Source of the DNA: Candidatus Poriferihabitaceae bacterium | GTDB lineage: Bacteria; Pseudomonadota; Gammaproteobacteria; Arenicellales; Poriferihabitantaceae | Assembly (NCBI GenBank): GCA_965209105.1 | Contig: CBDBQB010000015.1 | Coordinates: 1,448 to 65,447 of the forward strand | Length of the DNA: 64,000 nucleotides | Reading direction: 5' to 3' | Shown: in pieces, positions 19,196 through 28,792 of the stretch | Numbering within the stretch: the stretch's first letter is position 1 | How the letters are laid out: each line of letters opens with the position of its first letter | Notes under the pieces: model-generated | What the model was told of the DNA's origin: nothing | The model's input: only the letters and a program-made list of their open reading frames with translations | The model's database searches: none | Position numbers and translations under genes: made by a program

Positions 19196-19477
19196 GCTAT
19201 CATCTACAATAGGTTTCATAATCTTTGTGACGTGATGAAACTGACTGGTTTATCTGATTTTTATAACGGTTCGTCTAGCCCTTGGGCGAGCCTGAGGCAT
19301 TTAGTTTAAATAGTTAAAGAAGCGGGTATTTGCTTATATGCTGGCGGTATGTGCTACTGGCTAATTCTCGGGAATCAAATGGAGAAATAAACGTAGCAAT
19401 GAAAAGCGAGGATGGATATACCTTAACAACAGTGTGTGGCTGAGTGAGTATTGTTTCGCGATGTGAAATTTTGAAGA

Positions 19478-20659
19478 TTAAACCACTTGCCCTGCGCACC
19501 AGCCTGACGACCACGCCCATTGGAAGTTATAGCCGCCGAGCCAGCCCGTGACATCCACCGCTTCGCCAATAAAATACAGCCCTTTCACCTTACTCGATTC
19601 CATCGTTTTAGAGGAAAGCTCGTTACAGTCGATGCCGCCCAGTGTGACTTCTGCTGTGCGATAGCCCTCTGTTCCGCTGGGTTTGAGTTGCCATGCTTGC
19701 AGTGTGGTGGAGATTTTTTGTAGCTGTTTGTCAGTCATTGCCTGCAATGGGGTTTCTGCAATGGCAAAGTCGATAAACTCCAGAACAAGCCGTTTGGGTA
19801 GATGCTTGCCCAGCGCGGTTTTAAGCGCAATATTGGGCTGCGATGCTCGCGCCTTTTTGAGGGCCGTCAGCAAGTCAATATGAGCCAACATATTGATCGA
19901 GAGCGATGCGCCAATATCCCAGTAAGAAGAAAGCTGCAAGATAGCGGGGCCGCTAAGACCACGATGGGTGAACAGGATATTTTCGTGAAACTCTGTTGAA
20001 TTTGTGCGCACTAAACTTTTGACAGCGATGCCGGATAAGTCTTTTTTATCTCTGGGATCTAAGGTAAACGGCACCAAGCCAGCGCGCGTTGGCCAGACAT
20101 GGTGGCCGAATTGTTCAGCAATTTGATAAGCAAACGGGCTTGCGCCCATGGTTGGTATGGACAAGCCCCCCGATGCAATGACCAGAGAACGCGTTTGGTA
20201 TTCGCCATGGCTGGTGGATAGATGAAAATCATCACCCTGTTGCCCAATGGTGCTAATGGCGCAGTTGAGTTGAATGTTGATAGGCAGTGTGTCGCAGGCA
20301 TCCAACAGAAGATTAAGAATATCTTTAGCGCTGTTGTCGCAGAATAACTTGCCTAAGTCTCGCTCCGAGTAGGCGATATTATTATCCTCAACCCAGGCGA
20401 TAAAATCCCATTGGGTGTAGCGGCTGAGGGCTGATTTGCAAAAATGCGGATTGTGAGAAATAAACTTGTCCGCGGTGACATCTAGATTGGTGAAGTTGCA
20501 GCGCCCGCCCCCCGACATTAATATTTTTTTACCCGCCTTATTGGCATGATCCAATACTAAAACACGGCGCCCGCGTTTAGCGGCTTCAATCGCACACATG
20601 AGGCCCGCTGCACCCGCGCCAACCACTATCGCATCGGGTTTGTTCGGTGTTGGTGACAT
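19478..20659 (-). CDS. NAD(P)/FAD-dependent oxidoreductase, HI0933/YhiN (BaiN-like) family
   Basis: VVGAGAAGLMCA dinucleotide-binding motif, GGGRCNFTN, and C-terminal GGYNFQWAWSSG, as in the HI0933 family. Confidence 0.85.
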   Translation of the reverse strand: MSPTPNKPDAIVVGAGAAGLMCAIEAAKRGRRVLVLDHANKAGKKILMSGGGRCNFTNLDVTADKFISHNPHFCKSALSRYTQWDFIAWVEDNNIAYSERDLGKLFCDNSAKDILNLLLDACDTLPINIQLNCAISTIGQQGDDFHLSTSHGEYQTRSLVIASGGLSIPTMGASPFAYQIAEQFGHHVWPTRAGLVPFTLDPRDKKDLSGIAVKSLVRTNSTEFHENILFTHRGLSGPAILQLSSYWDIGASLSINMLAHIDLLTALKKARASQPNIALKTALGKHLPKRLVLEFIDFAIAETPLQAMTDKQLQKISTTLQAWQLKPSGTEGYRTAEVTLGGIDCNELSSKTMESSKVKGLYFIGEAVDVTGWLGGYNFQWAWSSGWCAGQVV

Positions 20660-20771
20660 ATCTGATTCTACTTGGCAAAGAGCGCGCTATTCTAGCGCGA
20701 TACAAATATCAATAGAGGGGTGATTTAGGTACAATGCGCCGCCTATTTTTTTGCTAATTGCCCTGGCTAAA

Positions 20772-22586
20772 ATGTCGGCATCTGAACTGTCACATATTCG
20801 AAATTTCGCGATCATTGCCCATGTTGATCATGGGAAATCGACCTTGGCTGATCGACTCATCCAAGCATGCGAAGGATTAGAGGATCGTGAGATGAAGGAG
20901 CAGGTGCTCGATTCCATGGATATCGAGCGCGAGCGCGGCATTACCATCAAGGCGCAAAGCGTCACACTCAACTATGTAGCAAAGGATGGCGAGAGCTATC
21001 AATTCAATTTAATCGACACCCCAGGACACGTAGACTTCTCATATGAAGTTTCACGTTCACTCAAAGCCTGCGAAGGTGTTTTGTTGGTGGTTGATGCCTC
21101 GCAGGGGGTCGAGGCCCAAACAGTAGCCAACTGCTATACCGCGGTGGATTTTGGTTTGGAGATTATCCCGATTCTGAATAAGATTGATTTGCCTTCTGCA
21201 GAGCCCGAACAGGTGATGCAAGAGATCGAAGATGTTGTGGGTATCGACGCGTCAGATGCCATTTTGACCAGCGCCAAAACCGGGGAAGGTATCGAAGAGG
21301 TACTGGAAGCGATTGTTCACCGCTTACCTGCTCCGCAAGGTGCGATCGATGCGCCTTTTAAGGCCTTGATTGTCGATTCTTGGTTTGATAACTATCTGGG
21401 GGTGGTGTCCCTATTGCGGGTCATGGAAGGGGAAATACTCGGCAATAAGAAAAGTAAAATTAAAATGATGTCGACGGGTGCAGAGCACATTGTTGACCAA
21501 GTCGGGATATTTACGCCAAAACTAACCAAAACCGATAAATTGTCCAGCGGCGCAGTCGGGTTTATGACGGCGTCACTTAAAGATATTCGTGCTGCTAAAG
21601 TCGGAGACACGGTTACGGATGCGAGTCGACCGGCAAGTGAATCTTTGGAAGGATTTCAAGAAGCCCAGCCGATGGTGTTTGCAGGCTTGTATCCCATCGA
21701 CAGCTCTGATTTTGAGAACTTTAGAACCGCGCTTGAAAAGCTCAGTTTAAATGATGCCGCGCTGCATTTTGAGCCTGAAACTTCCCAAGCCTTGGGTTTT
21801 GGCTTTCGCTGTGGTTTCTTGGGTTTATTGCACATGGAGATCATTCAAGAACGGCTCGAGCGTGAATATGATATGGAGCTGATCACCACCGCACCGACCG
21901 TTATCTATGAAGTTAAGATGGCCAGCGGAGAGGTGGTTGAAATTGCCAATCCGGCACAATTGCCAGAACTCAATAAAATTGAGGAGATTCGAGAGCCGTT
22001 TATCATTGCCAGAATATTAGTGCCTCAAGAGTATGTGGGGGCAGTGATTACCTTATGTATCGAAAAGCGCGGTGTTTTATTGAATACGCATTACCACAGC
22101 CAGCAGGTGATGATAGATTTTGAGTTGCCACTCAATGAGGTTGTGCTCGATTTCTTCGATCAACTGAAGTCAAATACACGGGGGTATGCGTCGCTGGACT
22201 ATGATTTTCTTGAAAACCGTCCGGCAGATATGGTTAAAGTTGATATACTTATCAACGGTGAAAAAGTTGACCCCTTGGCCGTATTGGTGCACCGAGGACA
22301 ATCTGTATATCGCGGTCGGCAGCTGGTGTCGAGAATGCGCAAAATCATTCCGCGACAGATGTTTGACGTTGCTATTCAAGCGGCGATTGGTGCAAAAATT
22401 ATTTCTCGCGAATCAGTCAAGGCTTTACGGAAAAATGTCACTGCCAAGTGCTATGGCGGAGATATCACCCGTAAACGCAAGCTGTTAGAAAAGCAAAAAG
22501 AAGGCAAAAAACGTATGAAACAAGTGGGCTCCGTAGAGATTCCGCAAGAGGCTTTTTTGGCGGTATTACGAACCGATAATGATTAA
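20772..22586 (+). CDS. lepA: elongation factor 4
   Basis: [21 protein letters not shown]...DTPGHVDF...NKIDL G-motifs, plus the LepA-specific C-terminal domain. The ATG at 20772 is preferred over the TTG at 20751. Confidence 0.95.
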   Translation: MSASELSHIRNFAIIAHVDHGKSTLADRLIQACEGLEDREMKEQVLDSMDIERERGITIKAQSVTLNYVAKDGESYQFNLIDTPGHVDFSYEVSRSLKACEGVLLVVDASQGVEAQTVANCYTAVDFGLEIIPILNKIDLPSAEPEQVMQEIEDVVGIDASDAILTSAKTGEGIEEVLEAIVHRLPAPQGAIDAPFKALIVDSWFDNYLGVVSLLRVMEGEILGNKKSKIKMMSTGAEHIVDQVGIFTPKLTKTDKLSSGAVGFMTASLKDIRAAKVGDTVTDASRPASESLEGFQEAQPMVFAGLYPIDSSDFENFRTALEKLSLNDAALHFEPETSQALGFGFRCGFLGLLHMEIIQERLEREYDMELITTAPTVIYEVKMASGEVVEIANPAQLPELNKIEEIREPFIIARILVPQEYVGAVITLCIEKRGVLLNTHYHSQQVMIDFELPLNEVVLDFFDQLKSNTRGYASLDYDFLENRPADMVKVDILINGEKVDPLAVLVHRGQSVYRGRQLVSRMRKIIPRQMFDVAIQAAIGAKIISRESVKALRKNVTAKCYGGDITRKRKLLEKQKEGKKRMKQVGSVEIPQEAFLAVLRTDND

Positions 22587-22658
22587 ACAATGATCCAATT
22601 TCTAGCGTGCACAGATATTTGGAAAATATTAATACAGTATTTTTAGAGAATAATATAG

Positions 22659-23414
22659 ATGATTTTAGAGTGGATTTTATTGGTATTAACCCTCATCACG
22701 GGTTTCTTTACTTTATTGGGTAAGTTTTTAAAACTGTCTGAAGGCCGTTCGATTTGGGTCGATTATGGCCGTTCATTATTTCCGGTTATTTTAATCGTCT
22801 TTGCGCTGCGTTCTTTTATTGTAGAACCGTTCAGAATCCCATCGGGTTCTATGCTGCCTACCCTACATCTGGGCGATTTCATTTTGGTGAATAAAGCAGC
22901 ATACGGCGTTCGATTGCCCATTAGTTACCAGAAAATAATACCCACAGGCGAACCTTCTCGTGGTGACGTCATGGTATTTCGATTTCCGAGTAACCCAAAA
23001 GTAAATTTCATCAAAAGAGTGGTGGGCTTACCCGGAGACGAACTGAAAATTGTTGGGCGAAATGTGTATATCAATGGAACTAAACTCGCTCAAACACTGG
23101 CTGATGAGGCGCATCAAACAAGGGATACGGGTCGCGGGTATGTCTCGAATCGCTATCTCGAACAACTCGGCGACGTGACGCACGATATTTTATTGCGCCG
23201 CGGTGGCCGTGGCTCAAAAGGATTTGAGGGCAAGGTACCCGAAGGACACTATTTTGTACTGGGCGACAATCGAGACAATAGTCGTGACAGTCGCTATTGG
23301 GGCTTTGTACCCAACAAAAATTTAGTTGGGCGAGCATTTTTTATTTGGTTTGCCTGGGATGTGGTCAACGGCGGTGGGGTTAATTGGAGCCGTATTGGGA
23401 CGGTCATCGAGTAA
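22659..23414 (+). CDS. lepB: signal peptidase I
   Basis: The motifs are IPSGSMLPTL (catalytic Ser), KRVVGLPGD (Lys) and GDNRDNSRDSRYWGFVP. Confidence 0.95.
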   Translation: MILEWILLVLTLITGFFTLLGKFLKLSEGRSIWVDYGRSLFPVILIVFALRSFIVEPFRIPSGSMLPTLHLGDFILVNKAAYGVRLPISYQKIIPTGEPSRGDVMVFRFPSNPKVNFIKRVVGLPGDELKIVGRNVYINGTKLAQTLADEAHQTRDTGRGYVSNRYLEQLGDVTHDILLRRGGRGSKGFEGKVPEGHYFVLGDNRDNSRDSRYWGFVPNKNLVGRAFFIWFAWDVVNGGGVNWSRIGTVIE

Positions 23415-23485
23415 GGGTGTTTTCGACAGAAACACACCATCATGATCTTGTTAAATATAGGCTCAATTTGAAGCGCCTATAGATT

Positions 23486-23923
23486 ATGTTGGAACCAGCC
23501 ACTAAAATGAAACCCATGAATATTATTGCGTCAAGCTACCAGAGGGGTATCGCTACTTTTACGATCCTCGTGTTTACAGTTCTGGTGACGATTTCCGCGA
23601 TGTTAGCCTACAAAATTGTACCGTCTTATCTTGAGTTTGAGGTGATATCTAGTGGCTTGGACAAGGTCACAAAACTTGAAAATATTAATCGAATCCGCAG
23701 CACACAAATCATCGAGGAATTGGAGAGCGCAGTACGCCAGCACCCTAGCTATAGAAGGTCCGAGTTAAATATTCCGAACATCAGCTATGTCGCTGCACGG
23801 GATGGGTTAAAAGTCATCGGAGTCAACTATGAAGTTGTTATTCCTCTCGCTTATAACTTTAGCGCGCTCCTGGATTTTAAAAAGGAAGTGACGATTGATC
23901 CCTATGCCCAAGCCGAAAACTAA
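23486..23923 (+). CDS. DUF4845-like small membrane-anchored protein (conserved lepB-rnc spacer gene)
   Basis: It has a single N-terminal TM segment (GIATFTILVFTVLVTISAMLAY). Its position between lepB and rnc matches that seen in many gammaproteobacteria. The start is uncertain and could be the internal Met at MKPMN. Confidence 0.55.
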   Translation: MLEPATKMKPMNIIASSYQRGIATFTILVFTVLVTISAMLAYKIVPSYLEFEVISSGLDKVTKLENINRIRSTQIIEELESAVRQHPSYRRSELNIPNISYVAARDGLKVIGVNYEVVIPLAYNFSALLDFKKEVTIDPYAQAEN

Positions 23924-23982
23924 GTTTGATTGCGATGAATATAAGTTCGATATCGTGATCAACCCAGTGCATTAAGCCTTAC

Positions 23983-24660
23983 ATGTGCGCCGCTAATCGC
24001 GAGGTCTTCGAGCCTCTTCAAGAACGAATAGCTTATTCGTTTGAGCGTATTGAGCATCTCAATCTCGCGCTCACACACCGAAGCGCCAATCACAGCAACA
24101 ATGAACGCTACGAATTTTTGGGCGATGCAGTGCTGGGTATGGTGATCGCCTCTGCTTTGATTGCGAAGTTTCCAGATGCCCGCGAAGGTAAATTGACGCG
24201 TATGCGGGCGAAACTGGTTCGCGGTGTGACCCTTGCCGAAATTGCTGCTGAAATTGATTTGCAGCCCTGCCTAATATTAGGCGAGGGCGAACTCAAGGCA
24301 GGAGGTCGACAGCGAAGTTCGATCAGAGCGGACGCGCTTGAAGCCATCTTTGGTGCCATTTATCTCGACAGTGATTTCAATACCGTGCGAGAAGTGATAT
24401 TAGCCTTGTTTCAGACCCGATTGGCAAGGGCTAATCCTGATATAGAAAAAGACCCCAAAACCCTGCTACAGGAAGCTGTTCAAAAACGCGGTGGTGCCTT
24501 GCCTGTGTATAGCATTTTGGCGCAAAGTGGGCGCGCGCATGATCTTGATTTTGAAGTTGAATGCCGCCTATCCGATATGAAAATGGCTGAGACAGCGCAA
24601 GGCAAAAGCCGTCGTAGTGCTGAGCAGGCGGCTGCCAGTAAAATATTAGCTAGACTTTGA
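23983..24660 (+). CDS. rnc: ribonuclease III
   Basis: ALTHRSA...NERYEFLGDAVLG RNase III signature, plus a C-terminal dsRBD (GKSRRSAEQAAASKIL). Confidence 0.95.
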   Translation: MCAANREVFEPLQERIAYSFERIEHLNLALTHRSANHSNNERYEFLGDAVLGMVIASALIAKFPDAREGKLTRMRAKLVRGVTLAEIAAEIDLQPCLILGEGELKAGGRQRSSIRADALEAIFGAIYLDSDFNTVREVILALFQTRLARANPDIEKDPKTLLQEAVQKRGGALPVYSILAQSGRAHDLDFEVECRLSDMKMAETAQGKSRRSAEQAAASKILARL

Positions 24661-24668
24661 ACGGGACG

Positions 24669-25580
24669 ATGAGCGAGCAAGATAAAAATAAAATATTTGG
24701 TTTCGTTGCTTTAGTGGGGCCACCCAATGCAGGGAAGTCAACACTGATGAACCACTTGATTGGAACCAAGATAGCCATCACTTCGCGCAAACCGCAAACG
24801 ACACGGCACAGAATACTAGGGATAAAGACCACCGATGACGCGCAAATTGTGTTTGTCGATACCCCCGGTATTCACGATCCCGGCAAACGCCAGCTCAACA
24901 AGGTGATCAACAAAACCGCTATCAATAGTCTTGAAGATGTGGATATCATCCTCTTTATGATTGATGATAGGGGTTGGAGTGAGGAAGTTGATCTGGCTTT
25001 TCGCGCGATTGGACAGCCTAAAGTTCCGGTCATGTTGATCATCAACAAAACCGACAGACTGGAGGATAAGAAGGCGCTATTGCCTCTAATAAATGCTGCT
25101 CAAACAGAGTATGATTTTGCGGAAATTATTCCACTTTCAGCACTGAAAAAACGTGACACAGAGGCATTGTGGAAGACACTCCTTAAAGCATTGCCTGAAG
25201 ATGAAATGGGTTATGGCTTTCCAAAGGATCAAGTAACCGACAAAAGCCAACGCTTTTTAGCCTCGGAATTGGTTCGGGAGCAGCTGTTCCGTCAACTCGG
25301 CCAAGAACTACCTTACGCGACGGCCGTAGAAATAACGCGTTATGATGATCAGGACGATCAGTTTTTATCGATGGATATGACCATTTGGGTTGATCGCGAT
25401 GGCCAAAAGGGCATTATTGTTGGAAAGAAAGGAATCAAGCTGAAAGAAATCGGTACACGTGCTCGCGAACAAATGCAATCCTTGTTTGGCAAACGGGTTC
25501 ATGTGGCACTGTGGGTTAAAGTCCGCAAAGGGTGGGCGGATAACGCGAGAATGCTCAAATCACTCGGCTATACCGAATAA
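24669..25580 (+). CDS. era: GTPase Era
   Basis: GPPNAGKSTL, DTPG and NKTD motifs plus a KH domain. The ATG at 24669 is preferred over the TTG at 24657. Confidence 0.93.
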   Translation: MSEQDKNKIFGFVALVGPPNAGKSTLMNHLIGTKIAITSRKPQTTRHRILGIKTTDDAQIVFVDTPGIHDPGKRQLNKVINKTAINSLEDVDIILFMIDDRGWSEEVDLAFRAIGQPKVPVMLIINKTDRLEDKKALLPLINAAQTEYDFAEIIPLSALKKRDTEALWKTLLKALPEDEMGYGFPKDQVTDKSQRFLASELVREQLFRQLGQELPYATAVEITRYDDQDDQFLSMDMTIWVDRDGQKGIIVGKKGIKLKEIGTRAREQMQSLFGKRVHVALWVKVRKGWADNARMLKSLGYTE

Positions 25581-26313
25581 GGCGGGGATAGGACAGATCC
25601 GTATTCATCATCAGCCTGCCTTTTTGTTACATGCACGTCCGTGGTCCGAGACGAGCCTGCTGATTGATGTATTTACTGAAGCGCACGGCAGGTTTCGCCT
25701 GCTTGCGAAAGGTGCGCGGCGAAAAAAAACTGGCCAGCGTGGTGTGTTGCAAGCTTTTCAGCCGCTAATAATTAGTTGGGCGGGAAAACGCGGGATTCCG
25801 GTATTAACCCAAGTGGAACAGCGTGGTATATGGCCACGCTTACGTTCTGAAGCCCTGGCATCAGCTTATTACATGTCTGAGTTACTGTTCAAATTTCTGC
25901 ACGCCAACGATCCCCATGAACAATTATTTGACGCCTATGGTTTGGCGCTTGAGGATTTGGCCGATAATAAGGAAATTCAATGCATCTTGCGAAATTTCGA
26001 ATGCACACTGCTCGGTGAAATAGGCTATGGCTTGCTATTGACGCAGGATGTGAATTCCCATCAAAGCATTGCTGAAGATGCGCGATATCACTATTATCCT
26101 GAGCGCGGCCCTGTTCAAGTGCACGATTTTACTGAGGCATCAGATCTAATTGTGTCGGGGAAAACCCTATTGGCCTTGGAGAATAGGGATTTTAATAATG
26201 TTGGCGTAAAAAAAGAAAGCAAAAAATTACTCAGGGCCTTGCTGGGTCGACAGTTGCTGGGTAAGACATTTACGACTCGGGCAGTGTATGCTCAAATGCT
26301 AAAAACAGCGTAG
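25501..26313 (+). CDS. recO: DNA repair protein RecO (start codon uncertain)
   Basis: AFLLHARPWSETSLLIDVFTEAHGRFRLLAKGARRKK is the conserved RecO N-terminus. The nearest in-frame ATGs (25459 and 25501) lie inside era. No ATG/GTG/TTG lies between the era stop and the conserved block. Confidence 0.8.
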   Translation: MWHCGLKSAKGGRITRECSNHSAIPNKAGIGQIRIHHQPAFLLHARPWSETSLLIDVFTEAHGRFRLLAKGARRKKTGQRGVLQAFQPLIISWAGKRGIPVLTQVEQRGIWPRLRSEALASAYYMSELLFKFLHANDPHEQLFDAYGLALEDLADNKEIQCILRNFECTLLGEIGYGLLLTQDVNSHQSIAEDARYHYYPERGPVQVHDFTEASDLIVSGKTLLALENRDFNNVGVKKESKKLLRALLGRQLLGKTFTTRAVYAQMLKTA

Positions 26314-26320
26314 CCTCATT

Positions 26321-27466
26321 ATGGAAACTAAGCCTATTATTTGCCCGAAATGCGCCACAGAAATTGATCTGAGTGTAGCCATGACGTCTGCGATTCGTGC
26401 AGATATTGCTAAGGAGCACAATGACACGGAAACTAAACGCTGGGAAGGGAAATTTAAGTCTCTGGAAGATAAGCTCAAAAAACAATATGGCGCGTCTGAG
26501 GCGCATCATCAGGCTGATATTAAATTATTTCAACAACAGCTAGATGAACAACAGCGTAAGGTAAATGAGGCACAAGAAAACGAATTAAAACTAAGGGCGC
26601 AGTCAAGAAAGCTAGAAGATCGCGAACGCGAACTTAATCTAGAAGTGGCGCGCAAATTGGATTCAGAAAAAGCTAAGATTAGTCAAGATGTACGACAACA
26701 ACTCGATACCGAGCACGCGCTAAAGCTCGATGAGAAAACCCAGCAGATCGAGAGTTTGCGCCATGCTTTAACAGATGCAAAACGCAAGGCCGAACAAGGC
26801 TCACAAGAAACGCAGGGCGAGGTATTGGAATTGAGTTTGGAGGCATCGCTGCGTCAAATGTTTCCACAGGATGATATTGAGTCTGTGAGTAAAGGCGTGA
26901 GAGGTGCTGATTTGATGCAAACCGTGCGAAATTCTGCGATGGAGGCCTGCGGCACGATACTATGGGAAGTCAAAAACACCAAAAATTGGTCGGCGGCCTG
27001 GATACAAAAGTTAAAAGACGATCAACGCGCGGCCAATGCACAGATTTCGGTTCTACTCAGTGCGGTGCTACCTTCGGAGATCAAGCGCTTCGGCCAGATC
27101 GAAGGGGTTTGGGTAGCGGATATTCAAGCCTATGGTGGGGCGGTGTCGGTGTTGCGTCAGCAGCTCATTGAAGTGGAGTTTGTGCGTGCGGCACATCGTG
27201 GCCAACAAGGTAAAACAGAATTGGTATACGAATATCTTATTGGCGACGGGTTTAGAAGCAAAGTTGAGGCGATTGTCGAAGCCTTTGACGCGATGGAACA
27301 ACAGCTGATACGTGAGCGCCGAGCAATGGAAAAACAATGGAAAGAACGTGAGCAAATCATTCGCCGCATGACAACCAATACGGTTGGCATGTATGGCGAA
27401 ATCAAGGGTATTGTCGGTTCAACTTTGCCTGAGATTCAACAGCTTGAACTCGATGACGGTGAGTGA
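26321..27466 (+). CDS. DUF2130-like protein: Zn-ribbon, long coiled coil, PD-(D/E)xK-like C-terminal domain
   Basis: CPKCATEI at the N-terminus, ~170 aa of E/K/Q/R-rich heptad-like sequence, then GADLMQTV...(x)...ILWEVKNTKNW, which fits a D...ExK nuclease-type motif. The family assignment is from memory of DUF2130 architecture. Confidence 0.6.
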   Translation: METKPIICPKCATEIDLSVAMTSAIRADIAKEHNDTETKRWEGKFKSLEDKLKKQYGASEAHHQADIKLFQQQLDEQQRKVNEAQENELKLRAQSRKLEDRERELNLEVARKLDSEKAKISQDVRQQLDTEHALKLDEKTQQIESLRHALTDAKRKAEQGSQETQGEVLELSLEASLRQMFPQDDIESVSKGVRGADLMQTVRNSAMEACGTILWEVKNTKNWSAAWIQKLKDDQRAANAQISVLLSAVLPSEIKRFGQIEGVWVADIQAYGGAVSVLRQQLIEVEFVRAAHRGQQGKTELVYEYLIGDGFRSKVEAIVEAFDAMEQQLIRERRAMEKQWKEREQIIRRMTTNTVGMYGEIKGIVGSTLPEIQQLELDDGE

Positions 27467-27497
27467 GTATTGAAGGCTTCGTCACGATTAAAAAATC

Positions 27498-28670
27498 CTA
27501 TCGAGGATGCTTATTAAAACTCTGATCTGGAGTGCCTTTAAAACAACGCGGTATGACCGGCCATTGCTTGGTCAGAAAGTACGCATAAGTGCCGTCTGGA
27601 TAGTCCGGTGTAAGCGCAAAGCGCCCATTACATTCGTCCAATCCACCCTGTCCAGCAAGGTAAGCATAATCTGAAACGAAAGCTCCATCATAAGTGCCAC
27701 CGGGTTGCGCAGTGCCCGACGGGCGTGATCCGGTCTTAAGTTGATAGGCAGACTTTAGTTCGATGATGGCCGCTTGCGAATTCTCAGAATCGGCATAGCC
27801 ATACATCGCATAGATCGGGAAGCCATCGGCTGCCCAGCCAATAATGCTAGAATGACTTTGTGGGGTGATGTCTTGGTTCTCGAGCAAGCCAACTGGCGTT
27901 CCGTGGTAGTGGTAGGCTCCCGTCGGTTGCACATGTGCATGATTGGCATCCAAGCCTAATATGACCGCGCCCGATAAGGCAGCATATTGCCACGCTGAGT
28001 TGCGTTCGCCGAGATACCATTCGGCGGCGCCGGGGTCAAATGGGACACCATTGACGCCAATACCAAAATTGTATCCCCAGACTTGTGTGATACCGAGTGG
28101 GTTCTCACTGGGCTGAAGCGGAACAGAATATTGGTAGTTTTGCGCTGAGATAGTGTTGGGATTCCCGGTATTCGGGAATTCACCCGTCATGTGTAGGGAT
28201 ATTCCATTCGCACTAATATTTCGCTGGGTACTGTCGGTACTCGAGGAGAAATAGCTGTCGGTGATAGGGGCGGTGTTCGCAGGAATGGTTGTCAGCCCCG
28301 CGTTAGTTTGAGTCGTCGTGTGTTTGCGCGTGCGCCGCGGCATATTGGCGCGTGGAGCTTCACCTGTATATTCGTTTCTTGATACCTCATTGCCGCGGTT
28401 GTTTTTTTGTGGTGGTCGTGAACCATTGTCATTACCACCCGGGCCTCGTCCGCCTTCTGGTGCGCACGCTAGTGCTGTATCTTGTGGAGGGGAAATACAA
28501 ATACCGTCTACTTGATGGCCGGGGGCTTGGAAAGTGCAAGCTGCCCCTTCGCGAGAAGTCTTGCAGGCTTCTATAGCTTCAGGGGGAGGTCCTCGTCTGG
28601 CTTGTGCGATGACCGCTGATCCTGCAATGATTGAAAGGGCAATAATTGTAATCGTCGAAAAATATTTCAT
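27498..28670 (-). CDS. secreted YHYH-domain protein with N-terminal Cys-rich module
   Basis: The ATG at 28670 gives MKYFSTITIIALSIIAGSAVIAQA (signal peptide). A 6-Cys segment and a low-complexity N/R/T linker follow. The C-terminal domain contains HAHVQPTGAYHYHG, the YHYH signature. Confidence 0.75.
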   Translation of the reverse strand: MKYFSTITIIALSIIAGSAVIAQARRGPPPEAIEACKTSREGAACTFQAPGHQVDGICISPPQDTALACAPEGGRGPGGNDNGSRPPQKNNRGNEVSRNEYTGEAPRANMPRRTRKHTTTQTNAGLTTIPANTAPITDSYFSSSTDSTQRNISANGISLHMTGEFPNTGNPNTISAQNYQYSVPLQPSENPLGITQVWGYNFGIGVNGVPFDPGAAEWYLGERNSAWQYAALSGAVILGLDANHAHVQPTGAYHYHGTPVGLLENQDITPQSHSSIIGWAADGFPIYAMYGYADSENSQAAIIELKSAYQLKTGSRPSGTAQPGGTYDGAFVSDYAYLAGQGGLDECNGRFALTPDYPDGTYAYFLTKQWPVIPRCFKGTPDQSFNKHPR

Positions 28671-28740
28671 GGTCTGAATCCTACTTGGCTCAATGTGACG
28701 ACTATACTGCCTATTTAATATGTAGACAGTGCGGAGCTGA

Positions 28741-28762
28741 AGTGAAGATTCAGTGAAGATTC
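28741..28762 (-). repeat. perfect tandem 11-bp direct repeat (AGTGAAGATTC x2; minus strand GAATCTTCACT x2) upstream of the YHYH gene
   Basis: Read directly: 28741-28751 equals 28752-28762. The repeat lies 71-92 nt upstream of the YHYH ATG, with a TATAGT -10-like hexamer (minus strand of 28701-28706) in between. Confidence 0.9.
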
Positions 28763-28792
28763 GATTTATTGACGCGACTTTTCCACTCAGTG

